Shown here: positions 38,934-47,907 of the stretch, piece by piece | How positions within the stretch are numbered: position 1 is the stretch's first letter | Layout: each line of letters begins with the position of its first letter | DNA from: an uncultured Candidatus Saccharibacteria bacterium | GTDB lineage: Bacteria > Patescibacteriota > WWE3 > UBA101185 > UBA10185 | Length of the DNA: 64,000 bases | Direction: 5' to 3' | NCBI GenBank assembly: GCA_964643995.1 | Contig: CAZXUJ010000001.1 | Location: 209,492-273,491, forward strand | Position numbers and translations under genes: made by a program | Notes under the pieces: model-generated | Told to the model about the DNA's origin: nothing | Seen by the model: the letters and a program-made list of their open reading frames with translations, nothing else | Databases searched by the model: none

Positions 38934-39940
38934 CTAGAAAGTGTCCAGTCAAGAATAGCTTTGGTATCTTTGAATCTATCTAAACTCCCCATAATCACGA
39001 TTAGAAAGTTTTTGTTATCCTTCAAATACTCATATACAAGAACTTCACCAGCCCCAGATGTTTTCCCGGTCTTCACACCAACAGTCCCAGAGACCTCCCA
39101 CAAGAGAATGTTAGTATTAGGCACAATCCTGACCTCTCTCCCTGATTTTATTGTATATTCATGCAAACCAACTAACTCCTTTAGGACAGGGTCACGTCTA
39201 AGCGCTAACGTTAATTTATAGAGATCATGTGCAGAAATTAAATGATTTTCTGAAAAATCGTCCAGGCCAATGGGATTAGAAAAATTCGTACTGGTCAAGC
39301 CAAGACCTATTGCTTTAAGATTCATCAAAGTTATAAACTCGTTATAAGCACCTTTACCATTAGCAAGAGCACAGGCAGAGTCACCTGCTGAGTTTACAAG
39401 TAATGTCCCCAAAAGATCTTCAACAGATAGTTCTTCATCTTTCAGGAAACCTATTCGTTGAGTTTCAATTTTAGTACACTCCTCAGGTATTTTTATTTTG
39501 TCTGAAAGGTTGTAAATATCCCTAGTTACTAAGGCAGTCATTATCTTAGTAGTTGACGCCGGAGGTAACGGGGTTTTTGAATTGTATTCCTTTAGCACTA
39601 CCTGCTTTTTTAGGTCAACAATAATGTAAGATCTAGCAGATATGGATGGGAATTCAGGGCTTGTTTCAGAAGATCTTTCAGAGACATAAGTATTGAGGGG
39701 CACCGTGGAAAGAGGTCTAGGGTACAAAACGTGGGTTAGGAGGTTATGAACTGTTTTATTTCTATTTTCCAATACAATGAAACCTGATGCAAAAGATATC
39801 ACAAAAATTACTAGGGTGCCCTTGATTAGTAGCTTCGTGGCCTTTAGTGGAAAAGCATCTAAAAAGTCTATAAATAATAGAATTTCAAGAAAAATTCTGA
39901 TCACAAAAAGCTTGAATTTCTTAAGTAAAACAGCTCTCAT
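38927..39940 (-). CDS. Serine-type D-Ala-D-Ala carboxypeptidase (peptidase S11, PBP5/6-like)
   Basis: The SxxK motif is PPASTTKIMTALV and the KTG motif is VGVKTGKTSGAGE. An N-terminal TM anchor is present. Confidence 0.75.
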   Translation of the reverse strand: MRAVLLKKFKLFVIRIFLEILLFIDFLDAFPLKATKLLIKGTLVIFVISFASGFIVLENRNKTVHNLLTHVLYPRPLSTVPLNTYVSERSSETSPEFPSISARSYIIVDLKKQVVLKEYNSKTPLPPASTTKIMTALVTRDIYNLSDKIKIPEECTKIETQRIGFLKDEELSVEDLLGTLLVNSAGDSACALANGKGAYNEFITLMNLKAIGLGLTSTNFSNPIGLDDFSENHLISAHDLYKLTLALRRDPVLKELVGLHEYTIKSGREVRIVPNTNILLWEVSGTVGVKTGKTSGAGEVLVYEYLKDNKNFLIVIMGSLDRFKDTKAILDWTLSSY

Positions 39941-40410
39941 GTGATATCTGCAAGTTGGGGACCTTCCACCTTAAGTAAGTCTTGCGCCCTCATAAGTATA
40001 GAAACTGTGTGTAAACCTGCATTAAAAGCTACATGAGTACCTTTAAGAAAACTCTCATCAAAGTAAGACGTTAGTCCCAAGACCTTACCTATGGGTGGAA
40101 TAGAACCAGTCTTTAGACCAGTTAAAACTTCTACTTCATTAGGCGTAGCAAATCGCACATCTTTGAAACCAAAAGCTTGTTTGAATTTTTTTAGATCAAG
40201 TTTTTTATCGCCAGGTACCACAGCCAGTATTGGTGATTTATCAGCATACCAAATCAACGCCTTAGCCCCAATAGCAAGTGAAGTGTCTCTTATTTTAGAA
40301 GCATCTTCACTAGTATATACAGGAGCATGTTCCACAACCTTAAACTCTACGGATGCTTGATCAAGCAATTTCTTAATCTCATCAAAAACAGACATGTTAC
40401 TATGATACAA
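39937..40410 (-). CDS. YbaK/ProX-type aminoacyl-tRNA deacylase domain protein
   Basis: The 157 aa protein has the pattern HAPVYTSEDASKIR...IGAKALIWYADKSP...TGLKTGSIPPIGK, typical of the YbaK/ProRS-editing fold. Confidence 0.7.
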   Translation of the reverse strand: MYHSNMSVFDEIKKLLDQASVEFKVVEHAPVYTSEDASKIRDTSLAIGAKALIWYADKSPILAVVPGDKKLDLKKFKQAFGFKDVRFATPNEVEVLTGLKTGSIPPIGKVLGLTSYFDESFLKGTHVAFNAGLHTVSILMRAQDLLKVEGPQLADIT

Positions 40411-41797
40411 CTTTTATATGCAATTCCTTAAGCAATGAAGCATCTACATCACCAGGGGCACTCATTACCGATGTACGCCCGGACGATGTCATTGGGAAAG
40501 CAACTGACTCCTTTAGGGACTCCTCACCGGCCAACACCATAATATGTCTGTCAAGACCCAAAGCAATACCTCCATGTGGAGGAGTTCCGAGCTTGAATGC
40601 TTCCAACATATGTCCCACACCGACTTCGATTTCCGCATCAGAGTAACCCATAATCTTAAAGGTGGCCTTCAATACATCGGGGTCATGTGCACGGATACTG
40701 CCACCACCCGCTTCATACCCGTTGCATACTAAGTCGTATTGAGTGGTCAATATTTGATCAACATTCTTACCTTGTAAATGCCATTCCATATGCTCTGGTA
40801 AGGGGTTACTGAAAGGATTATGTGTAAATGTCCACCCGCTTTTACCATCTTGTACTTCAGCCGCATCCGACTTATCAACCTGCTTAAAAAATGGAAAGTT
40901 GATTACCCAAGCAAATGCCAAAACACCGTTTTTCTTATCTTCCTCAGTACGCATATCAAATTTATCTGCACCATATGTCTTTAGGGCATCAGCATAGTCA
41001 ATAACTGGAAACTCTTCAAACTTCAACTTGCCACCAACTGCGTTTACAGCCTCCTTAACTATAGACTCAACAACATCCATAACTGACTGTCTATCCACGA
41101 AGCTCAACTCTAGGTCTACCTGAGTGTGCTCATAACCACGATCCGCACGCAGGTCTTCATCCCTAATGCATCGAGCAAATTGAAAATATCTTTCAATACC
41201 TGCAGTCATTAGAAGTTGCTTATATTGCTGGGGGCTTTGTGGAAGTGCATAAAATTTACCAGGATTGTGACGTGAAGGAACAATGAAGTCTCTGGATCCT
41301 TCTTTGGTAGACTTTGTTAACATCGGAGTTTCAACCTCTACAAAGTTCCTAGAATATAGTGCATCCCTTAATGCACGAGAATAATCAGAACGTAATTTCA
41401 TATTCTTGGTCATACGGCTTCGACGCAAATCCAAGTATCTGTATCTGAGACGAGTTTCTTCGTTTATTTCACGACCATCAGTATCTATAGGTATAGGAAG
41501 TTCAGAACACTTGTTAAGTACTGTATAACTTTCAACCTCAATCTCGATTGTTCCAGTCTCAATATCATGGTTGATCTGCCTCTCTGGGCGCAACTTAACT
41601 GTGCCAACTAGGTCAATTACCCATTCTGTGCCTAATTCACCTAGTTTACCCACTGAAACACATTGAACTTTACCAGAACGATCACGAATATCGATAAATG
41701 TTACTTTACCGTGATCACGTTTGGTGTCAACCCAACCTTGCAACCTTACTTGCTCTCCAACTTTACTTAACGTTTCAGAAACATACATTCTTTCCAT
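40400..41797 (-). CDS. aspS: Aspartate--tRNA ligase, compact (archaeal/short bacterial) type without the GAD insertion
   Basis: An N-terminal OB fold (QVRLQGWVDTKRDHGKVTFIDIRDRSG) is followed by motif 2 FYALPQSPQQYKQLLMTAGIERYFQFARCIRDEDLRADR and motif 3 GGIALGLDR. The start is moved to the internal ATG at 41797 (MERMYV), because the ORF-track TTG start would translate through the upstream terminator hairpin. Confidence 0.85.
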   Translation of the reverse strand: MERMYVSETLSKVGEQVRLQGWVDTKRDHGKVTFIDIRDRSGKVQCVSVGKLGELGTEWVIDLVGTVKLRPERQINHDIETGTIEIEVESYTVLNKCSELPIPIDTDGREINEETRLRYRYLDLRRSRMTKNMKLRSDYSRALRDALYSRNFVEVETPMLTKSTKEGSRDFIVPSRHNPGKFYALPQSPQQYKQLLMTAGIERYFQFARCIRDEDLRADRGYEHTQVDLELSFVDRQSVMDVVESIVKEAVNAVGGKLKFEEFPVIDYADALKTYGADKFDMRTEEDKKNGVLAFAWVINFPFFKQVDKSDAAEVQDGKSGWTFTHNPFSNPLPEHMEWHLQGKNVDQILTTQYDLVCNGYEAGGGSIRAHDPDVLKATFKIMGYSDAEIEVGVGHMLEAFKLGTPPHGGIALGLDRHIMVLAGEESLKESVAFPMTSSGRTSVMSAPGDVDASLLKELHIKVVS

Positions 41798-41827
41798 ATT
41801 TTCTTTCTGAACTTTCACTACCATAAG

Positions 41828-41859
41828 AAAAAAAAAGCTCTTGGTTTTATCCAAGAGGC
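41828..41859 (-). terminator. Intrinsic terminator on the minus strand: stem CUCUUGG / loop AUAAAA / CCAAGAG, extendable to AGC(C)CUCUUGG, followed by U9
   Basis: The plus strand shows A9 at 41828..41836, then gctcttgg-ttttat-ccaagaggc. On the minus strand this reads as hairpin plus UUUUUUUUU, ending 4 nt before the alternative ATG at 41824 and 30 nt before the preferred aspS start. Confidence 0.6.
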
Positions 41860-42032
41860 TCAATACTTAGGTATTGAAGGTTCCAGCCTTCTAATTACTT
41901 AATTTACAGCTATGACGGGCATTCCCGATCGAGCATTTCCTCTCGACAGCTCCAGAGTGTCACCTAAGAAAAAAATCCTAGCCTCTTTCACAGCTTTTTT
42001 TGTACTACTAGTGAGCTTAACAAAAATATTTC
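41828..42032 (-). promoter_or_regulatory. Candidate T-box riboswitch leader for aspS (Stem I candidate, T-box motif, antiterminator/terminator switch)
   Basis: The minus-strand RNA contains AAUUAGAAGGCUGGAACC (41879..41896), to be compared with the T-box consensus AAUUAGGGUGGNACCGCG. It has a 7-nt UGGAACC bulge of UGGNACC type. AGGCU is able to pair either with the downstream AGCCU (antiterminator) or to be displaced when AGCCU joins the terminator helix. Further 5', AGCUGUGA can pair with UCAUAGCU about 80 nt away, forming a Stem-I-sized element. Confidence 0.4.
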
Positions 42033-43694
42033 CTAGTTGCAAATAACTAAATCGTCAACGAGTAAATCAACACTTTTACGACCATTGAAATTATTCTCTT
42101 TTACCTTGAAAACAACATCGACTTTATCCCCAACTCGCAGTTGCTGAACTACAGTATGGTCAAAACTATTAAAAAAAATAGCTTTATGAAATTCTGAACC
42201 GTCGTAAAGTTTGAAACTATAATGTTGCCCTTTCGCACCCATTTTTGTTATTGCTGACAAACCCAACGACCTTGTTAAAAATCTCGGTTCAGGGTTAGAA
42301 ATTCCAAAAGGCTTAAGACGAGCTAAAGACTCAATGAAATCCAGATTAATTACACTGGCTGGAAGTTCCAAATCAATTTCTAGAACTGGTTGTAACAAAT
42401 CCTCTGGAATGTTTTTGTCAAAATATGCAACCAGCAAATCCTGAAGCTTACTGATGTTCTTAGTTTCAATTGAAAACCCTGCCGCCATGGGATGTCCGCC
42501 CAATTTAAGAAATTCATTCTCGAAAAGCCGTAGGATCGAGATAATGTCTATACCCGACACAGATCGTACAGACCCTTTAGCTGTAGCCCCCTCTATACTG
42601 ATGACTATCGAGGGAACATGGTACTTTTTAACCAACCTAGAAGCTACCAGCCCAATCAACCCTTCATGATATTGCTCACTTGATGAAACAATAATTTTAG
42701 GCAATTTTTCTAGAGCAAAATCAGAGGCGATCTCATACATGTCAAGAGTTTTACTCTGCCTATCTACATTGGTATCGTTTAGTAGGCGCGCATAGTTTTT
42801 AACATCATCGTCGTTATCCGAAATAAGCAATTTCAATGAATCGTCCGCCTCAGTTAGCCTACCTGTTGCATTTAGCCTGGGGCCGATGACCCAACCTAAC
42901 TCGTAAGTAGTAATTTCAATGCTCTTTGAACCACTGTTATCTAGCAGATAACGTATACCCTTCGGAGGATCAGAGTTTAAAATTTGCAATGCCTGCTTAA
43001 CCAGAGATCTGTTAATGCCGAGTAATGGTTGGACATCGGTCACTGTTGCTACACCTGCTAAAGCTATATTGTGTCTATCCTTAGAACCCAGGGCTATGCT
43101 AAGCAACCATGCAATCGTAGAACCAACAATAGAATCATTCCAAACCAAAATTGAGGAAGACGGTGTCTCCAAACTCTTTTGATGGTGGTCTGTTAATATG
43201 ACATCATAACCCAAGTCTCGAAGGTATTTTATCTCATTTACCGCTGTTATACCTGTATCAACTGTTATCACTAGCAACCGCGCAGTTGATGTACCTGAAG
43301 CTTCGATATTTTCCAGAGTTTGCACGAGAGCCGCCTCAGATAGACCATAGCCATGGGTAAATCTGTTTGGTATGCAAAAGAACACTTTATTATGACTTAA
43401 TTCGTGTCTCAAGGTGTTATACAATATTGCCGTGGCGCATACACCATCGGCATCGTAGTCACCATATATCAAAATTGGCAAACCTTGCTTTATATAGTCA
43501 TTTACAAGATCACGAGCTTGTTTTAGAGCTAGTTTAAAATCTGACGGAAGTTTAGGTAGAAGATTGCTGAGTGGAGGAGGGTTAAGAAATTTTTCTTGCT
43601 CTAGAGTATCAACAATCTGACGATTTTCAAGCAACAATGTAATGACATCTTTGTCACCAATATATTGGTTTAAAACCTTCCATTTGAGGGACAT
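42033..43694 (-). CDS. recJ: Single-stranded-DNA-specific exonuclease RecJ
   Basis: The DHH family motifs YGDYDADGVCAT and LTDHHQ are present, with a DHHA1 domain and a C-terminal OB-like region. The ORF is 553 aa. Confidence 0.85.
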   Translation of the reverse strand: MSLKWKVLNQYIGDKDVITLLLENRQIVDTLEQEKFLNPPPLSNLLPKLPSDFKLALKQARDLVNDYIKQGLPILIYGDYDADGVCATAILYNTLRHELSHNKVFFCIPNRFTHGYGLSEAALVQTLENIEASGTSTARLLVITVDTGITAVNEIKYLRDLGYDVILTDHHQKSLETPSSSILVWNDSIVGSTIAWLLSIALGSKDRHNIALAGVATVTDVQPLLGINRSLVKQALQILNSDPPKGIRYLLDNSGSKSIEITTYELGWVIGPRLNATGRLTEADDSLKLLISDNDDDVKNYARLLNDTNVDRQSKTLDMYEIASDFALEKLPKIIVSSSEQYHEGLIGLVASRLVKKYHVPSIVISIEGATAKGSVRSVSGIDIISILRLFENEFLKLGGHPMAAGFSIETKNISKLQDLLVAYFDKNIPEDLLQPVLEIDLELPASVINLDFIESLARLKPFGISNPEPRFLTRSLGLSAITKMGAKGQHYSFKLYDGSEFHKAIFFNSFDHTVVQQLRVGDKVDVVFKVKENNFNGRKSVDLLVDDLVICN

Positions 43695-43698
43695 ACTT

Positions 43699-44592
43699 TT
43701 ATCTTTTTGATTCCCAAAGAATTAGCACTGGAGATGCAATAAAAATCGAAGAATAAGTCCCTACTACAATTCCGATTATAAAAGCCAAAACAAAAAACTT
43801 TATACTTGCGCCACCAAAAATAAACAAACTTACCAAAACAATTAAAACCGTAAAAGAGGTTGCCAAGGATCTTCGTAGGGTCTCATTAACTGAGATCGCA
43901 ACAATTTTCTCAAAACTTTTTCCTTTACCCTTTTTAATTAGATTTTCGCGGATACGGTCAAATACAACTATTGTGTCGTGAACTGAAAAACCTATTATTG
44001 TGAGCAAGGCTGTTACAAAAAGAAGATCTGTTTCCACTCCAAAGAATTTGCCTAGAAATGCAAAGATACCTACCACAATAAGCACGTCATGAAACATTGC
44101 AAAAATTGCACTTGCGCCAAACTTAAAACTACTATATGGCTGAGGGATATCCTTGAACGCAAAGGCTATGTAAAACAATACTGCGCCTAATGCCATAAAA
44201 AGTGCAACTAGAGATTTTTTAATTGCCTCAGAACCTATTACTGAGCCGACAGATTCAAAGGAATCAAGTGTAACCTCACCTGAGGCAACGGACGAATTTA
44301 TTGCCGTACTTGTTGTGCTATCAATCAAAGTTGTCTGGACTGTTATATAACCTTCAGCAATACTAGAACGTAAAACTGAAATGCCATTTTCTGAAAATTT
44401 TTTTAGGATGCTGTCCTTTAATGCGGAAATGTCCAATTCATTATTTTGAACCTTGTATCTAAAAATCGCACCACCAGTGAAATCGATGCCAAGGTTCAAG
44501 CCAAACAACAGAATAAACAATACAGCTGTAATGTTTAAAATGATGGATAAAGTCAGAAACTTATATTTGAATTTACTAACATCAAAACTCAT
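43699..44592 (-). CDS. secF: Protein translocase subunit SecF
   Basis: The 297 aa protein has six TM helices with the SecD/SecF C-terminal pattern and lies directly downstream of secD. Confidence 0.85.
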   Translation of the reverse strand: MSFDVSKFKYKFLTLSIILNITAVLFILLFGLNLGIDFTGGAIFRYKVQNNELDISALKDSILKKFSENGISVLRSSIAEGYITVQTTLIDSTTSTAINSSVASGEVTLDSFESVGSVIGSEAIKKSLVALFMALGAVLFYIAFAFKDIPQPYSSFKFGASAIFAMFHDVLIVVGIFAFLGKFFGVETDLLFVTALLTIIGFSVHDTIVVFDRIRENLIKKGKGKSFEKIVAISVNETLRRSLATSFTVLIVLVSLFIFGGASIKFFVLAFIIGIVVGTYSSIFIASPVLILWESKR

Positions 44593-46034
44593 CTCCTAAA
44601 CAACCTCCTAAAAATAAATGATCTAGCGGCGGTATCCGCATCCAACCTAGTAACTCTTATCATGGTTTCTACTACAAAAATAGCGGTAAATAGAGAAACA
44701 ATTATTCCAATAAACAAGGTCACTGCAAAACCTCGTATAGATCCGGTACCCAAATAAAATAAAATTGTAGCAGTGATCAAAGATGAAGCATTGGAGTCTC
44801 TTATCGAGCTCCATGCTCTCTCAAACCCCAGTTTTATTGCTAAACTCCTTGGGCGCCCTGCACGCAATTCTTCATTAGTACGCTCAAAGATCAAAATGTT
44901 AGCATCAACTGCCATACCAACAGATAACAAAAAGCCCGCAATACCTGGCAGGGTTAATACAACAGGTACTATTTTAAATATGGATAAAACAAGTAGAGCA
45001 TATAGAATCAAGGCAAAGTCCGCGATCAAACCCAATCTTCCATATAAGACAAACATAAATATCATAATGAGAACGAAACCAATCAGTCCTGCTTTGAAAC
45101 TCGCTTTAACTGAATCACTACCTAATGTGGCTCCCACTTTCTCTTGCTGTAAAACTTCAACAGAAACTGGTAAAGCCCCAGCACGTATTTGAAGCGTAAG
45201 GTTTGTTGCAGTTTCAACATCAAAACTTCCTGAAATTACTGGATCATCTACTACACCATTTGCAAATTCAGCACTTACAACTGGCATAGACAACGGGACA
45301 GGGGAATCATCTAGAAAGATTCCGATTGGCTTATCTACATTCTTTTTAGCAATTTCTGAAAACTTCTTGCGACCCTCACTAGAAAAGCGTAACTGAATTT
45401 GTGGGGCTGTTGAACCTTGATTAAAACCTGCACCAGCCTGGCTATAAACTAAATCTGCACCGCGCAAATCAGACCCCGTCAAGCCAGTGTCGGACCAAGA
45501 TTCTGGAGAAATATAATACTGTTCGAATTGTGTGCCATCCCAAGGGGAATCAGTACCTAGTTCTTTGAAGGTTATTTGGGCGGTACTACCCACTAAGTTT
45601 AGGGCAGAGTCCAAATCATCTACACCAGGGATTTCCAATATTATTCTGTGCTCGTCACCAACCTGGACAGGAACGATGTAAGGCTCAGCAACTCCAAGAT
45701 AATTTACTCTGCGATCAATTATTTCTCTTGCCGAGTCCAAGGCAGCGGCACGATCTGACTCAGGAATTTTAGACATGTCTGCCTTCAGCACGATTTTGAT
45801 ACCACCTTCTAAGTCCAGTCCCTTTTTATATTCGGTTAAATCTAAAACCACCTTATCACTCAAAAAACTAAGATAATAACCACCGACCTGAGTGTTAACA
45901 TGCAGGGGACCAATATTAAATTTTATCGGAACTTTAGGAAGTGCGATTAGAACAGAGATTACAAATAAACCAAGTATCAAACCTAATCTAAAGTAATCAT
46001 TTTTTAGCCAAGACATGGGTAGATTATAACGCAC
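44589..46034 (-). CDS. secD: Protein translocase subunit SecD
   Basis: The 481 aa protein has an N-terminal TM helix, a periplasmic domain (GLDLEGGIKIVL) and a C-terminal 6-TM bundle. Confidence 0.85.
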   Translation of the reverse strand: MRYNLPMSWLKNDYFRLGLILGLFVISVLIALPKVPIKFNIGPLHVNTQVGGYYLSFLSDKVVLDLTEYKKGLDLEGGIKIVLKADMSKIPESDRAAALDSAREIIDRRVNYLGVAEPYIVPVQVGDEHRIILEIPGVDDLDSALNLVGSTAQITFKELGTDSPWDGTQFEQYYISPESWSDTGLTGSDLRGADLVYSQAGAGFNQGSTAPQIQLRFSSEGRKKFSEIAKKNVDKPIGIFLDDSPVPLSMPVVSAEFANGVVDDPVISGSFDVETATNLTLQIRAGALPVSVEVLQQEKVGATLGSDSVKASFKAGLIGFVLIMIFMFVLYGRLGLIADFALILYALLVLSIFKIVPVVLTLPGIAGFLLSVGMAVDANILIFERTNEELRAGRPRSLAIKLGFERAWSSIRDSNASSLITATILFYLGTGSIRGFAVTLFIGIIVSLFTAIFVVETMIRVTRLDADTAARSFIFRRLFRR

Positions 46035-46627
46035 TATTGCATTGCGCTAAACTCTTCCTCATCACCAATAAGCATTGTTCTTCCTTGAGCCATTACTTTG
46101 GAAACAAATTGGTCATTCCTTCGTTTTCTGAACATAAACTCCTCGCTGCCAAGAACAGAGTAATGTACTTCACGACCAAGCCTAGTCTCATGTTCCTTTA
46201 CTAACTTTTCCAATACATCCATATTTACATTTCCAACCATAAACAAATCAACATCAAGTACAGTGGATTCAATGTTTCTAGAAAATCTTCTAGAGAGAAT
46301 AGCAAAGTGCACATCACCCAAGTCCTTTTTACTTTTGATGATACTTGCCCCCAAGCCTTCTTCCTTCGCTACCAATGACAATAATTCTGCATAAAACATA
46401 TTCGTTGTGTCGACGGTGTAATACAATCTGTTGCTGCTTTGCCTCTTCTTAAGTAACCCTAAGTCATATAGTCTCTTCAATTCCCTGCGGACAGCATTGA
46501 TTTCGGTTCCAACTGACCTCACTAAAGCTCTAACATGCAAAGGCCTCTCAGGATGAGGAAGCATTATCTTCAAAATGTTTATACGTACTTCAGAAACAAA
46601 TAAATCTTTTAACATATTGGTTATCAA
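46034..46627 (-). CDS. Hypothetical protein with N-terminal winged-helix-like segment (putative regulator)
   Basis: LHVRALVRSVGTEINAVRRELKRLYDLGLLKK resembles a wHTH. The stop overlaps the secD start by 1 nt. The C-terminal domain was not recognised. Confidence 0.4.
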   Translation of the reverse strand: MITNMLKDLFVSEVRINILKIMLPHPERPLHVRALVRSVGTEINAVRRELKRLYDLGLLKKRQSSNRLYYTVDTTNMFYAELLSLVAKEEGLGASIIKSKKDLGDVHFAILSRRFSRNIESTVLDVDLFMVGNVNMDVLEKLVKEHETRLGREVHYSVLGSEEFMFRKRRNDQFVSKVMAQGRTMLIGDEEEFSAMQ

Positions 46628-46654
46628 GAGGCAGATTGATATTAAATTTAAAAA

Positions 46655-47854
46655 CTAAAATACTACTAATTCTCTGTTACGCTCAGGAACAATACTTATC
46701 CAGATCTTACCACGATTAAACTCAAATTCATTACCATTCTGATCATAAAACATAGTTCGATCATCGCGCCCTGCTTTTGACCATGTCACATTTGTTACAC
46801 CACCATCCATAAACACCATACCTTCCCCACTGCCAATCAGTTCATAATCGAGTCTATTCTTTTCATCTCCGACAATTGAAGTTTCAGTTGCAAACTGAAC
46901 TACAAGAGTTTTCACCTTTATCTGCTCCTTAGTTTCTTGATCTAGGTGAGGGATGGGTTGGTCGTTTTCGTCATAACCAGTAGATCTAGAGTATTCGTTT
47001 TTTTCACTGTCGTAGTTCCAAATGGCTGAGAAGTCACCGGGATACCAAAAATCAACTACAATTGGCTTACAAGCCCCCACGTGACAAAGATCAGCCTGCA
47101 CCTCAATTTTCGTCTCGTCCTTAAACTTCCATGATTTAAGTTCTCTGTTACCTCCCCAACCTAAAGTATCAACACCATATTTATATAGTTCCTGAGGATT
47201 AGAATAGAGAGTATGTTCTGTTGCAACATCTCGGGGATTATCTCTCCAATTTATAAATGAAGCCCCACCCCTTTGTAAACTTCGTACGGGCCAATATTGA
47301 ATTGCCTCCAAAGCTTGTGGAGAATAACCCTCATGCATCAGCATTGCATCTCCCATCTCCTTAACTAATACAAGATAATACTCGCGGGTACTTCTGATAG
47401 GACCCACTTTTTCGGGTAAACGGGATAAATAAAACGGTAAAAATCTTGTAATACCACCCTCAGCAACGATCTCATACACTAAATCAGCATAAATTAAGCC
47501 GGATTGAGGTCTGGCATCCACATGGTTGTTTATCATTACACCAAAGGGCCGATTTCCAATCCAAGGTGAGGATTCTTCGGCAGTATATAAAACGCCGTTT
47601 ATAGGGTTCATCACAGTCTTCACAGGTCCGCTATCCGAATTAATGAATTTGGAAGCTACTGGACTGATTCTGCTCAAGTTATCTGGGCGCATGAGATAGG
47701 TATATGCGGCAAACACACCTGATATAACAAATAAAAACACTGCAACCGCAACTAAATCAACGGTCTTGTTTTTGTAAAATGGGATTTTTCGCAATTTCTG
47801 AAAACCTATTGGAGGTCTAATACTTTGATAGTTTGGCTGTATTTGCTCATCCAT
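46655..47854 (-). CDS. DUF3048 domain protein (YerB-like), membrane-anchored
   Basis: RPFGVMINNHVDARPQSGLIYADLVYEIVAEGGITRFLPFY matches the DUF3048 N-terminal-domain consensus. An N-terminal TM anchor is present. Confidence 0.6.
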   Translation of the reverse strand: MDEQIQPNYQSIRPPIGFQKLRKIPFYKNKTVDLVAVAVFLFVISGVFAAYTYLMRPDNLSRISPVASKFINSDSGPVKTVMNPINGVLYTAEESSPWIGNRPFGVMINNHVDARPQSGLIYADLVYEIVAEGGITRFLPFYLSRLPEKVGPIRSTREYYLVLVKEMGDAMLMHEGYSPQALEAIQYWPVRSLQRGGASFINWRDNPRDVATEHTLYSNPQELYKYGVDTLGWGGNRELKSWKFKDETKIEVQADLCHVGACKPIVVDFWYPGDFSAIWNYDSEKNEYSRSTGYDENDQPIPHLDQETKEQIKVKTLVVQFATETSIVGDEKNRLDYELIGSGEGMVFMDGGVTNVTWSKAGRDDRTMFYDQNGNEFEFNRGKIWISIVPERNRELVVF

Positions 47855-47907
47855 AATCTATTAAAAATTATAGTATTGAGTACATAATTTGTCTAGGCGG
47901 TAAGCGT

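Noticed and set aside
41798-41863. TTG-initiated N-terminal extension of aspS (MSLLDKTKSFFFLMVVKVQKEN)
   Set aside because: The extension translates straight through the hairpin plus U9 terminator (the FFF comes from the U-run). AspRS homologs begin about 10 aa before the OB fold, matching the ATG at 41797.
41864-42032. Possible SRP RNA, tRNA or other structured ncRNA in the recJ-aspS spacer
   Set aside because: No tRNA T-loop or D-loop signatures and no SRP domain-IV motif were found. The structure is better explained as a T-box-type leader, reported separately.
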